64,000 nucleotides of DNA from Candidatus Pacearchaeota archaeon (GTDB lineage Archaea; Nanobdellota; Nanobdellia; Pacearchaeales; GW2011-AR1), in contig JBAZXH010000001.1 in the NCBI GenBank assembly GCA_041659945.1, positions 262,742 through 326,741 of the forward strand, in the 5' to 3' direction. Shown piece by piece: positions 44,751-53,792 of this stretch. Positions within the stretch are counted from its first letter, which is position 1. The number at the start of each line of letters is the position of its first letter. The position numbers and the translations under genes are program-made. Under the pieces are notes generated by a model. The model was not told the origin of the DNA. It searched no databases and saw only the letters and a program-made list of their open reading frames with translations.

Positions 44751-45230
44751 ATGGCCCAAGAAGGATTAATCTCAAGAATACCAATAACACCTGAACAAGT
44801 TTTTAGTTATATTACTAAAGATAATTGTGGGAGAGTTTTTTTTGATGATTTGAAGTATTTGGGACATAAAGAATTTCATTTTGGTTCTGGTGCAGGATGG
44901 ATTCATACTGTTGCAAAGTCTGTTTTAAATTATGAACAAATGTGGCATGATCTTCATGTTCAGGATAGTTTTGATTCACAGTTTAATTCTGGATTAGGGG
45001 TTAGACCTCTATATGTTGATGGAGAACATAAACAAATTAATCCTAATTTAACACCTAAAGATGTTTTAGTTGTTTTTAAAGAATTTATGAGAGTTTGGGC
45101 TGCAAGAGAACATACAGGTTATCCTGAAAGAGACTGGGATAAAATGCAAGAGGAAATTGCAAGTCGTGGTTCTACTAATTTTAGTAGGACTTTTTGGTTT
45201 AATTATGAAGAACCAACATATAGGGGTTAG
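44751..45230 (+). CDS. Hypothetical protein, tandem paralog 2
   Basis: The C-terminus is FKEFMRVWAAREHTGYPERDWDKMQEEIA. Confidence 0.55.
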   Translation: MAQEGLISRIPITPEQVFSYITKDNCGRVFFDDLKYLGHKEFHFGSGAGWIHTVAKSVLNYEQMWHDLHVQDSFDSQFNSGLGVRPLYVDGEHKQINPNLTPKDVLVVFKEFMRVWAAREHTGYPERDWDKMQEEIASRGSTNFSRTFWFNYEEPTYRG

Positions 45231-45233
45231 TTT

Positions 45234-46550
45234 TTATATCTTTACTATTTCAATCTCTAATCTTTTTTGTAGAAGGTCTAGAAATTGTTTTTCTTTATCT
45301 TTTTCAAGAAGACAGCCTGCTGCGTATTTATGGCCTCCGACTTCACCACCAATCTCTTCAATAACTGAATTTAAAAGTTCTCTTAGATTTTTTCCATTTT
45401 TACCAACAACTCTTGCTGAAACTTTTATTTTATCTTCATTGTATGCCATGGCTATGATTGCTTTTCCTTCTTCATAGGATCTTGAGTTTGAAAGGATGCT
45501 TGCAATTGTTCCAATTATGGTATCTTTAATTTTATCTTCTGCATTAATTATTATGTAATTCTTTTTTTCAATTTTTCTCATTTTTGGAATGTTTTCAAGA
45601 GCTTTAATTATACTTTGTTTGTATTCTGCATAAATTGTTTCTGCCTGAGATTTAGCTTTTTTATTTTGTAAACAAAAAGCAATTGCTATACCACTTTCAC
45701 CTAATCTGCTACAGGCATTTATCATTGCACTTATTTGGCGAACATCTTCTAGTTTGTTAAACAGATTTATGAGATAGATGTTTCCAATTAATTCAGAAGG
45801 ATCTTTTAAATCTGATTTTTGTATACTAATTGCTGTTATTAATCTTGATGTTTCTTCCTTATCTAATTCTATTAAATTTTTATACTGGCCTGAAACTGGT
45901 TTGATTCCTATATCCTTTAGAAAGCCACTTACTCCAATTGAAGAGCCAGTTACTCCAGGAATATAAACCTCTGAACTATACTCTAATATTTTATTTACTG
46001 GGCGGGTTGCAGGATACATTGTGAGACCTTGTTTGATTATAACTTTAGAATCGTCTATTATCTCCTTGTAGAACCGGTTTATGTTTTTTTCTAGTGTGTC
46101 TCCCACCATTCCTATTACTGCCAGGTATGACAGGTCAGTGTTTTGTTCATCAATTGCTTTTGAAAAGAGATATGTGACTCCTGCAGCGCTTATTTCTTCT
46201 TCCTTGTAGAAATGCGGATTTATCATGGTTATATTCTTAGGTATGTCTGAAATAATTTCATGATGGTCTAGAATAAATATTTCTGTTTGTAGGTCAGCAA
46301 GATATTGAAAACTGTTTGAAGCCAAGTCTAAAAAAACAAGAATATTGTCTTTTGGAAGATTATCTATTACATTTTCTTCTATCTGCTTAACTATCCTTAG
46401 TGAGAACTGTTTACCAAGTCTTTGTAGTGTCTTTGAAAATATTGCGGCAGAGGTTATTCCATCGGTATCATGATGGCTTATAACTTGGATTTGTTTATCT
46501 TGCGATTTTATAAGGAATTGTTTAGCAGCCTCTTTTATTGATGCTAACAT
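45234..46550 (-). CDS. RecJ-like DHH/DHHA1 phosphoesterase (archaeal RecJ/GAN/Cdc45-like)
   Basis: ISHHDTDGITSAA, FILDHHE (DHH) and the C-terminal GGEVGGHKYAAG (DHHA1 GGGH-like). Confidence 0.8.
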   Translation of the reverse strand: MLASIKEAAKQFLIKSQDKQIQVISHHDTDGITSAAIFSKTLQRLGKQFSLRIVKQIEENVIDNLPKDNILVFLDLASNSFQYLADLQTEIFILDHHEIISDIPKNITMINPHFYKEEEISAAGVTYLFSKAIDEQNTDLSYLAVIGMVGDTLEKNINRFYKEIIDDSKVIIKQGLTMYPATRPVNKILEYSSEVYIPGVTGSSIGVSGFLKDIGIKPVSGQYKNLIELDKEETSRLITAISIQKSDLKDPSELIGNIYLINLFNKLEDVRQISAMINACSRLGESGIAIAFCLQNKKAKSQAETIYAEYKQSIIKALENIPKMRKIEKKNYIIINAEDKIKDTIIGTIASILSNSRSYEEGKAIIAMAYNEDKIKVSARVVGKNGKNLRELLNSVIEEIGGEVGGHKYAAGCLLEKDKEKQFLDLLQKRLEIEIVKI

Positions 46551-46553
46551 CCT

Positions 46554-46910
46554 TTATCCTCTTTTTTTATTTGCGTATCTTTTTATTTTTCTTTTAAGTG
46601 AGACGTATCTTGAGATTTCTCTTTTAGCTCTTTTGTCCTGTTTGTTCTTTTCAAAATGTCTTTCTATATTCTTTAATTTACTTTCCATGGAGCTAAGCTC
46701 ATCTTTAATTTCAATTTTATTTTCTTTAAGTATTTGGCCTATTTTTTTACCAAGAACTTTTGCTTTTTGTATGCCATATGTTTCTTTTAAAACTAAACCA
46801 ATCTTTGCTGGAGGCATACCGCTTTTTCCAAGGTCTACAACTATCTTTTCGATGTCTTCTACCTTTGCTCTTTCAGGAGTCTTTTTTTCTTGCTTTTTTG
46901 CTTTTGCCAT
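46554..46910 (-). CDS. rps15: Ribosomal protein uS15 (S15P/S13e)
   Basis: VEDIEKIVVDLGKSGMPPAKIGLVLKETYGI...GKKIGQILKEN...ERHFEKNKQDKRAKR fits the archaeal S15 pattern. Confidence 0.8.
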   Translation of the reverse strand: MAKAKKQEKKTPERAKVEDIEKIVVDLGKSGMPPAKIGLVLKETYGIQKAKVLGKKIGQILKENKIEIKDELSSMESKLKNIERHFEKNKQDKRAKREISRYVSLKRKIKRYANKKRG

Positions 46911-47081
46911 AGTGTTGATTCTTAATCGATGTTTAAAAACCTTTTTGTTTATGTTTTCTCACTATAACTCACTGGGAGATATATTGAATTTTTTGCTTTT
47001 TCTGTTAAAACATAAACTATATAAATCGACTTTCCTTGTTTTATTAATCTCAATTTTTTAAAAAAGGAAGAGAACTACTTA

Positions 47082-47522
47082 ATGGATAGAATAATCAAGG
47101 AGAAAATTAGCGCTGATCACTTACTTTATGTAAGTTTAAAGTATACAAAAACATCTGAAGTAATTATTAATTTAATAATTCGATGGACTACTATGATAGA
47201 TTACAGTCTCGATACCGTTCTTCTTCATGCAAAAAAGAAAAAATTACTTAAATCAATTCCCGAATCTCCAAAACAAAAAATTGATTTGATTCGAGAGGTG
47301 TTTAAAAAAGAACCAGTAGTTTTACAAACAATTGATCTCTATGAAATGTTTCGTAGAATTGAAGTTTTAACTAAGGAATCTGAGGGAGAGTTTAGAAAGA
47401 ATGTGGCTCTGAAGGTAACTTATCGGGGGGAGGTAGTAAAAATCAACCTGGATAAGCTTAAGGAATATTCTCTTCTTTTAGAAAAGTTTATAAATTATCT
47501 TAAACAATTTCTATCATCTTGA
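47082..47522 (+). CDS. Hypothetical helical protein (146 aa)
   Basis: Clean ORF with an A/T-rich TATA-like tract ~22 nt upstream. Confidence 0.5.
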   Translation: MDRIIKEKISADHLLYVSLKYTKTSEVIINLIIRWTTMIDYSLDTVLLHAKKKKLLKSIPESPKQKIDLIREVFKKEPVVLQTIDLYEMFRRIEVLTKESEGEFRKNVALKVTYRGEVVKINLDKLKEYSLLLEKFINYLKQFLSS

Positions 47523-47550
47523 TCTTAGAGTTTAATAAGGTCTATAAAAA

Positions 47551-48318
47551 ATGTCAAAGTTTATTGTGATCACTTCTGGGAAAGGAGGCGTTGGTAAGAC
47601 TACTACGGCTGTTAATCTTGCTGCAGCAATGAGTGCTCTTGATGAAGATGTAGCTCTAGTTGATATTAATTTGAGTACCCCCAATGTTGGTTTACATCTG
47701 GGTGCTCCGGTTGTTCCGGTAACTTTAAATCATGTTTTAGCAAGAAAAGCTGATTTGGTTGATGCTATTTATGAGCATGAATCGGGTGCTAAGGTTATTC
47801 CTGCTTCTCTTTCAATAAAGGATTTGAGTGCTTTGGATGAGGTTAATTTAACCCCCATACTTAAAGATTTAAGGCATGTTTCTGAGGTAGTTATCTTTGA
47901 TTCGGCTGCAGGACTTGGAAGTGAAGCAACAAGTGCCATGGCCATTGCAGATGAGGTTATTATAGTCACAAATCCAGAAATGCCTGCAGTTACTGATGCT
48001 CTGAAGACAGCTAAACTTGCAGAGAGCATGGGTAAGACCGTTAGAGGCGTTATACTAACAAGAGTTAGAGGCTCTAAAAGTGAAATGCCCTTTCCAAATA
48101 TTAAAGAAATGTTGGAATTGCCTATTTTGGGTATTGTTCCGGAGGATGAGGCTGTTCAGGAGTCTCTTGCTTTGAGAAATGCTGTTTTTTCTACACATCC
48201 AAGAAGTAAAGCTGCAAGAAGTTATTTAGCAATTGCGGGCAAACTACTTGGTAAGGAAATTAGTCCGGAATTGGGTTTTTTTGATAAGCTGATGGTTGGG
48301 TTGAGATTGAGAAGATAA
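47551..48318 (+). CDS. minD: MinD/ParA-family P-loop ATPase
   Basis: Deviant Walker A SGKGGVGKTT and Walker B VVIFDSAAG. Length is ~255 aa. Confidence 0.85.
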   Translation: MSKFIVITSGKGGVGKTTTAVNLAAAMSALDEDVALVDINLSTPNVGLHLGAPVVPVTLNHVLARKADLVDAIYEHESGAKVIPASLSIKDLSALDEVNLTPILKDLRHVSEVVIFDSAAGLGSEATSAMAIADEVIIVTNPEMPAVTDALKTAKLAESMGKTVRGVILTRVRGSKSEMPFPNIKEMLELPILGIVPEDEAVQESLALRNAVFSTHPRSKAARSYLAIAGKLLGKEISPELGFFDKLMVGLRLRR

Positions 48319-48335
48319 AAATTCTTAAGAATATT

Positions 48336-48944
48336 TTATATTAACATATTAAAAATTCCATTTTTAGCAAGTATAAATATTCCTAATATTATTAGAATCC
48401 AGGGCATAATTTTTACCCCATATTTTTCGATTATTACTTTAAATCTTTTATAATTCACAATTTTATATGCTGCATAACACCACAAAGCAACAAAGATTAG
48501 AAACATAAAAATGATCTCAAAAACATTTAACCAAGATTGATTTATGAACAATGGGATATATATACTTAAATTATCTCCAGAGTTTGCAAAAGTTATTGCA
48601 GCAACACTCCAAACTTCTATGTTAAATATCTTTTTAAAAAAAGCTGGTTCTTTTATCTTTTTTGGTACTTCTATTTTCTTTGGTTTTTGTCTAAGTTTTT
48701 TTATCCCAATAATTATCGGAAGAATTCCAAGAAGACCAACCCATTTTGAATTAACTAGCAAGGAAGCTGCAAAACCAATAAATGATACTAATAAAATAAA
48801 TGTAAATCCAAGATATTGTCCTAGGATAATTCTCTTTGGATTGCTCTCTCTTTGCGAGAAATAAATGATTAATAGGATGAGGTCATCAAAATTAGTAGCT
48901 GTGAATGTTAATATGGCAGTTATTATTAATAAGATAATTTCCAT
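48336..48944 (-). CDS. cadD: CadD-family (cadmium resistance transporter-like) membrane protein
   Basis: TATNFDDLILLIIYF, GQYLGF, WVGLLGILPIIIGIKKL, NSGDNLSIYIPLF and ILIILGIFIL match the CadD pattern. Confidence 0.7.
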   Translation of the reverse strand: MEIILLIITAILTFTATNFDDLILLIIYFSQRESNPKRIILGQYLGFTFILLVSFIGFAASLLVNSKWVGLLGILPIIIGIKKLRQKPKKIEVPKKIKEPAFFKKIFNIEVWSVAAITFANSGDNLSIYIPLFINQSWLNVFEIIFMFLIFVALWCYAAYKIVNYKRFKVIIEKYGVKIMPWILIILGIFILAKNGIFNMLI

Positions 48945-49033
48945 TCTGATTTTATTAGTTTTATTTAATTTTTAAAGCTATTCTAGAATATGATCCGAGA
49001 GTTTTTTATTGTTGTATTCGGAGTATAGATGTT

Positions 49034-50866
49034 TTATCTAATTCGGCTGCCTAGTTCAATGTCTTTTTCGGGGCTGACGAGGATTACTTTGCTTTCATCA
49101 TTGTTAACTGCTGCTAAAAGCATACCTTTACTTTCAATTCCTCTCATCATTCGCGGAGCGAGGTTTACGAAAAGAATTATATGTTTACCCTTAAGATTAT
49201 CTTTTGTGTAGAATTTTTTTAAACCTGCGCAAACTGTTCTTTTTCCCAGTTCGTTTCCTAAATCTACTGTTAGTTTGTAAAGTTTGTCAGCACCTTCAAT
49301 ATCTTCTGCACTAATTATTTTTCCCACTCTTAGATCAATTTTTTCCCACTCTTGATAATTTACTTCTGACATTTTGATTATTCCCTCTATTTGTTTAGAT
49401 TTTTCTTTATTTAAATTATTCTCTTGCTTTTTTTCTATTTCAATCTTTTTAAATAAGATATCTGATTTTTTTATTTTTGTATTAGGATTTAGAGGTTTTT
49501 TTATTTCCTTAAAGTCTATTTTAAAATTAAACTGCTTTGCTATTTTTTCGCTTGTTTCTGGGATAAAAGGCCATAGAAGAATAGCTGCTGCTTTGATTGA
49601 GTCTGCTAGTTCGTATAGGACTTTTTTATCATTGGTTTCCCAGGGTTTTGTTTTTTGAACATATTCATTGCAGCAATCTATGAATGTGAAGATTTCCGCT
49701 AGAGCTTTGTCTATTTCGTATTTTTCGAAATGTTTTTCGATTTTACTTATGTTAAGCTTTTTTAGAAGTTTGTTTTGAGTTTTTTGAAGGCCATTTTTCT
49801 CAGCTAGAGTGCTTACTCGACTTATTAAATTTCCCAGCTTATTTGCAAGTTCGTTGTTGTGACGTTCAATTAGGATTTGTTCGGAATAATCAGAGTCATC
49901 AAAGACTGAACATTTTAAAAGAGAGTATCTTATTGAATCGGAGGGATATTTTTCTGCTAGTTCTAGTGGGTCGATTACATTTCCTAGAGATTTTGACATT
50001 TTTTGGCCTTTTATGTTTAGGTAACCATGAACTAGCAATTGTTTTGGTAGTTTATAGTTTGCAGATAGTAACAATGCAGGCCAAATTACTGCATGAAACC
50101 AATTAATTCCTTTTCCAACAATGTGAAGATTAGCTGGCCAGTATTTTTTTTCTTTTGATTTTAATCCAGAGATATAATTAATTAGTGCATCAATCCAAAC
50201 CCAAATTTTGTATTCTTTATCATTTGGAAAATCAATACCCCACTTTGCTCCCTTTCTACTAATGCAAATGTCTGTTAGTTCTTCTTTTACTCTTGCTAAG
50301 ACTTCGTTTTTTTTAGATTCAGGCATTACATATTCGGGGATTATTTTTAATAGCTGTGGTTTGTACTTGCTTAATTTAAAGAAATATGCTTCTTCTTGTC
50401 TTAATTCTGGTGTGGTTTTATGTTCGGGGCATTTACCGTCAACTAGATCTTTTTCAGTGTAATATGTTTCACAGCCAACACAGTATAATCCCGAATACTT
50501 GCCCTTGTAGATGTCTCCCTTGTCTATCATTTTTTTAACTAGCTTTTGGACAACAATTCCGTGTTCTTTTGCTGTTGTTCTGATGAAATCATCATAGTTT
50601 ATGTTTAGTTTTTTGCATAGCTCAATGAAAAAAGCTGCGTTTTTGTCTACGAACTCTTTTACAGGAATTCCTGCTTTTTGGGCAGCTTCTACGTTTTTTT
50701 GGGCATTTTCATCAACACCTGTTAGGAAAAATACATCTTTGTTTTGTAGGATTTGATATCTTGCTATGGCATCAGCTAGAACTTTCTCAAATGCGTGACC
50801 TATGTGAGGTTTTGCATTTACATAGTCTATTGCTGTGGTTACATAAAACGTTTTTTTAGTTGCCAT
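49034..50866 (-). CDS. metG: Methionyl-tRNA synthetase with C-terminal tRNA-binding (Trbp111/EMAPII-like) domain
   Basis: HIGH motif (KPHIGHAFE), KMSKS motif (QKMSKSLGN), zinc knuckle CVGCETYY...GKCPEH, and a C-terminal OB-like domain DLRVGKIISAEDIEGADKLYKL. Confidence 0.95.
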   Translation of the reverse strand: MATKKTFYVTTAIDYVNAKPHIGHAFEKVLADAIARYQILQNKDVFFLTGVDENAQKNVEAAQKAGIPVKEFVDKNAAFFIELCKKLNINYDDFIRTTAKEHGIVVQKLVKKMIDKGDIYKGKYSGLYCVGCETYYTEKDLVDGKCPEHKTTPELRQEEAYFFKLSKYKPQLLKIIPEYVMPESKKNEVLARVKEELTDICISRKGAKWGIDFPNDKEYKIWVWIDALINYISGLKSKEKKYWPANLHIVGKGINWFHAVIWPALLLSANYKLPKQLLVHGYLNIKGQKMSKSLGNVIDPLELAEKYPSDSIRYSLLKCSVFDDSDYSEQILIERHNNELANKLGNLISRVSTLAEKNGLQKTQNKLLKKLNISKIEKHFEKYEIDKALAEIFTFIDCCNEYVQKTKPWETNDKKVLYELADSIKAAAILLWPFIPETSEKIAKQFNFKIDFKEIKKPLNPNTKIKKSDILFKKIEIEKKQENNLNKEKSKQIEGIIKMSEVNYQEWEKIDLRVGKIISAEDIEGADKLYKLTVDLGNELGKRTVCAGLKKFYTKDNLKGKHIILFVNLAPRMMRGIESKGMLLAAVNNDESKVILVSPEKDIELGSRIR

Positions 50867-50921
50867 GTTAACTCCCTATAGAATAGTGAGAAATAGATTA
50901 ATAAAGTTAACTTAATCCTTT

Positions 50922-51461
50922 TTAGGACAATAGCTCTTCTGCATATTTTCTAAGTCCCGGGCTTATTTGACCGCTAGTTCGTCCTTTTAGATTCGGGTCG
51001 TGATATAGTTCTACTCCAATTATTCCACTTGTTACCTCAACCCAGTCTATTGGTTTTTTTGTGCAGGTCTGAAATCTCATTAGTCTATACCAAAGTTTGG
51101 GGGTTTCGAGCGTTTCACTGTGTCCGTCAAAAACCTCTCTTAGATTATTTAAATCTCGTTCAAAATCTCCTATTTCATCATCAATTACCTCACTACTAGT
51201 TTCATGAGGTTCTATGTTTTCTGGACTGGCTGTTTCAGCTATGCTTCTTTCAGTGAAGATATAATTTTCTAGTCTTGCTTGTCTTTTTAATCTTGTTTCA
51301 TAGGTGCTAAAACCTGTTTGAGGACTGACTATCAAAACCCAGTAGGTATGTTTTTCAGTTTTAGGTTGATATACTTCATTGTACACTACTTTTTTCCCTA
51401 TTGCTCTTTTTCCACGTCTTCTGAGAATCCACAGAGCAGGAGGTTTTTTTCTACTATCCAT
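50922..51461 (-). CDS. Hypothetical protein (179 aa)
   Basis: ORF with a basic N-terminus and no motif recognised. Confidence 0.5.
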   Translation of the reverse strand: MDSRKKPPALWILRRRGKRAIGKKVVYNEVYQPKTEKHTYWVLIVSPQTGFSTYETRLKRQARLENYIFTERSIAETASPENIEPHETSSEVIDDEIGDFERDLNNLREVFDGHSETLETPKLWYRLMRFQTCTKKPIDWVEVTSGIIGVELYHDPNLKGRTSGQISPGLRKYAEELLS

Positions 51462-51540
51462 TTTATTCCATATTTTTTTAGTTTATTTAAAGATTATTGC
51501 AATTCATAAGTTTTTTAAACATACTCGCCATCTTAATTGG

Positions 51541-52284
51541 ATGATAAGAAAGAAATGTCCTAACTGTAGTAATAAGTTTAGTAAGAAATATGAATATTGC
51601 CCTTTTTGTGGTTTTAATACAAATCATCTAGGTGAGGGTCTGAAAAATAAGGAAGATGATTATGGTTTTCTTGGAAAGGATGATCTAAAGAGTTTTGAAA
51701 ATGAAATTGGCGTTAAGTTGCCTTTTGGTTTTAAAATGTTAATGAAACCTCTGCTTAAGGAACTAAACAAACAGATGACTGAGCTGGATAAGGAACTTAA
51801 GAAGGAAAATCCAGAAAATTCAAAAGAAACTGTAAAAAAAATTAATGGACTTCCAATATCAAGTTTTAGTGTTTATATTAGTTCTGGAAATGGACAACCA
51901 ATTAAGTTTAGCTCAAATAATCTTCCTCAGTTGAATAATTCTCAACAAAATCCTCAACAAAGGCAGATTAAAGTTGGTCCGGGTGTTCAGGAAAGTTTAG
52001 TTTTACCTGTTTTTGAAGATGATGTTTTTGATAAAATTAAAGATTTACCAAAAAAAGAACCGGAAACTAATGTTAGAAGACTTTCAGATAAAATTGTTTA
52101 TGAGCTTGATGTTCCGGGAGTTAAATCAACAAAACAGGTGAATATTAATAAGATTGAAGAGGGTTTTGATATTAAGGCCTTTTCAAAAGATAAAATGTTT
52201 GTTAAGAAGCTAAGTTTAGGTTTACCTTTATTAAAATATTATTTGAAAAATCAAAAATTATTTCTTGAGTTGGGGCTTAGGTAG
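51541..52284 (+). CDS. Zinc-ribbon plus Hsp20/alpha-crystallin-like domain protein
   Basis: The start is moved to the ATG at 51541 because ttttaaac lies ~25 nt upstream and the track's 5' extension overlaps the opposite gene. N-terminal CPNC...CPFC. The C-terminal IVYELDVPGVKSTKQVNINKIEEGFDIKA resembles the ACD core. Confidence 0.65.
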   Translation: MIRKKCPNCSNKFSKKYEYCPFCGFNTNHLGEGLKNKEDDYGFLGKDDLKSFENEIGVKLPFGFKMLMKPLLKELNKQMTELDKELKKENPENSKETVKKINGLPISSFSVYISSGNGQPIKFSSNNLPQLNNSQQNPQQRQIKVGPGVQESLVLPVFEDDVFDKIKDLPKKEPETNVRRLSDKIVYELDVPGVKSTKQVNINKIEEGFDIKAFSKDKMFVKKLSLGLPLLKYYLKNQKLFLELGLR

Positions 52285-52289
52285 CGAAG

Positions 52290-52329
52290 GACACCGATGG
52301 TTTCCTACCGCTCTACCTTCCTTTTTTTG
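52290..52329 (+). terminator. Hairpin plus T7 tract after the Hsp20-like gene
   Basis: aggacacc-gat-ggtttcct is an imperfect stem, followed by ctttttttg (T-run 52322-52328). Confidence 0.3.
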
Positions 52330-52360
52330 CAAACTTAAGTATTCCATCTTGATAATATAA

Positions 52361-52483
52361 TGAGCCTGCCAAGATTCGAACTTGGGACCACCGGCTCTCT
52401 TAGATTGTACTAAAAAAGCACTAAATTCTCACGAATTTGAGTCATATAAGACCGGTGCTCTAACCTGGCTGAGCTACAGGCTC
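52361..52483 (-). tRNA. tRNA-Ile(UAU) with a 48-nt canonical (37/38) intron
   Basis: On the minus strand: acceptor GAGCCUG/CAGGCUC plus discriminator A; D arm GCUC..GAGC; anticodon stem CCGGU/GCCGG; loop CUUAUA|intron|A; T arm CCAAG-UUCGAAU-CUUGG. The intron is at plus coordinates 52397-52444 and the anticodon at 52446-52448. The bulge-helix-bulge is: 4-bp helix CUUA/UAAG flanked by the 3-nt bulges UA|U and AG|A. A TATA (tttaaata) lies ~27 nt upstream. Confidence 0.8.
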
Positions 52484-52653
52484 ATAGAATTTTAATATAT
52501 CATTTGTATTTAAAGATTCCTGAATCATTTTTAATGCTTGTGATAAGGATGTTTTTGCATTAAGTATCTTGGGTTTTTAAGCAAAGGTTATTACTCGAAT
52601 GTTACAAAAAAACCCTCGATAAGTTTTTAAAGGATGTGTAATGACTAGGTATT

Positions 52654-52788
52654 ATGAAAGACAAAAACAAGTTTGATGAAGAGGACTTCGAAGATCTGGA
52701 TAGTGAGGAGGAGGATTTAGATAAGGAGTTTGATGAAGAGGGAAATGAAAAAGATGGTTGGAGTTCTCCAAGTTATGATGAAGAGTAA
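52654..52788 (+). CDS. Possible highly acidic mini-protein (44 aa; not in the ORF track)
   Basis: MKDKNKFDEEDFEDLDSEEEDLDKEFDEEGNEKDGWSSPSYDEE. The only support is an open frame in an otherwise empty intergenic region. Confidence 0.25.
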   Translation: MKDKNKFDEEDFEDLDSEEEDLDKEFDEEGNEKDGWSSPSYDEE

Positions 52789-52819
52789 ACTGTAACGAGG
52801 TTAACCTTTTCTTTTATTT

Positions 52820-53758
52820 TTATTTTAAAGTTAGTGTTACTCTGTTATTTTGATGATCGATTTCATCAAATTGGTTATTTTCATTTACTACAAATGTGAA
52901 GTTTTCTGAGGTTGGAGAAATCCTCAAATTTTGTACTTTTAATATTTTTCCAGATCCGCTTTCTAAACTTTCTAAAGAATACTCAGCTATTTGATTAGTT
53001 TCTTCATATATTGTAATATTTGTTTTTGAGGAATTTTTTAGGCCTTCATTAATAACTGAAATTTCAAAACTAAGGTATCTATCTTTTTTTGTAGCGTTTA
53101 CTTTTTCAATTACAAGATCCGGAAGGCTTGGATCTGAATAAAGGCTGTTTATTTTAGTGATTATTACTGGATCTACTTGTTGGTTGCAATTTGACAGGTT
53201 ATACATTATTGAATTTTTATTTGAAGAATGTATGAATCCTAAAATATGTAATATTTCATGTATTGCAACAATTGGTTTGCTACATTTATTTTCTTCATAC
53301 AACATAACTGTTCCATTTAATATTATACTATACTTTGTTGTGTTTATTATTACTGGAGCCCCCTCTCCGGCAATGTAATAATCTTCAGAAGTTTGTTTTT
53401 TATCATCAGAACAAGATATCATTATTTGACCATTATCTTTAATTTCAGTAAATTTAAGAATTGTGCTGTTTTGTATTAATCTAAATGCATTTATGGCATC
53501 TGTTGTTTTTCCGTTGTTGCAATTGGAATCTATGCTAAATGTGATTGTTTTATCTGGGAATCTTATATTTTCGTATAGAACCAATCCCTGAGGGTAATCT
53601 TTTATGGAAAATGTTGAGTTCATAACATTTGGTTTTATGGGTATGGAGAATATTGAGATGTTTTCTGGGTTTCTTAAATAGAAGTTGTAGAGCATAAAAG
53701 AGCTTATTCCCAGAGAAACTAATGCAAGTATAAAAGCTAGAGTTATTAGGTATCTCAT
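52820..53758 (-). CDS. Membrane-anchored zinc metalloprotease (metzincin-type HExxHxxGxxH) with C-terminal CARDB-like domain
   Basis: N-terminal TM, then AIHEILHILGFIHS. The C-terminal beta-sandwich-like region (LVIEKVNATKKDRYLSFEISVINEG) resembles CARDB. Confidence 0.8.
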   Translation of the reverse strand: MRYLITLAFILALVSLGISSFMLYNFYLRNPENISIFSIPIKPNVMNSTFSIKDYPQGLVLYENIRFPDKTITFSIDSNCNNGKTTDAINAFRLIQNSTILKFTEIKDNGQIMISCSDDKKQTSEDYYIAGEGAPVIINTTKYSIILNGTVMLYEENKCSKPIVAIHEILHILGFIHSSNKNSIMYNLSNCNQQVDPVIITKINSLYSDPSLPDLVIEKVNATKKDRYLSFEISVINEGLKNSSKTNITIYEETNQIAEYSLESLESGSGKILKVQNLRISPTSENFTFVVNENNQFDEIDHQNNRVTLTLK

Positions 53759-53792
53759 TTGAATAAGGAAATATTAGTTCTTTTAAATCTAC

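Noticed and set aside
46633-47061. 142-aa plus-strand ORF antisense to uS15. Similar antisense ORFs: 8454-8666, 10914-11114, 10954-11235, 37311-37661, 42147-42455, 43650-43952, 45157-45477, 48544-48864, 49374-50462 set, 55138-55551
   Set aside because: All lie opposite ORFs with clear family motifs. They have F/L/S/I-rich translations typical of AT-rich antisense frames and lack promoter or SD support.
51379-51540. 5' extension of the Hsp20-like ORF given in the track (start 51379)
   Set aside because: The extension overlaps the 5' end of the opposite-strand gene 50922-51461 and runs through its own TATA box (51513-51520). The ATG at 51541 fits the leaderless geometry.
52285-52360. Locally GC-richer stretch next to tRNA-Ile considered as a split-tRNA half or second tRNA
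   Set aside because: No acceptor/T-arm combination can be folded on either strand. It is better explained as a hairpin plus T7 terminator of the upstream gene. A 10-mer shared with 62601 (cgaaggacac) is most likely coincidence.
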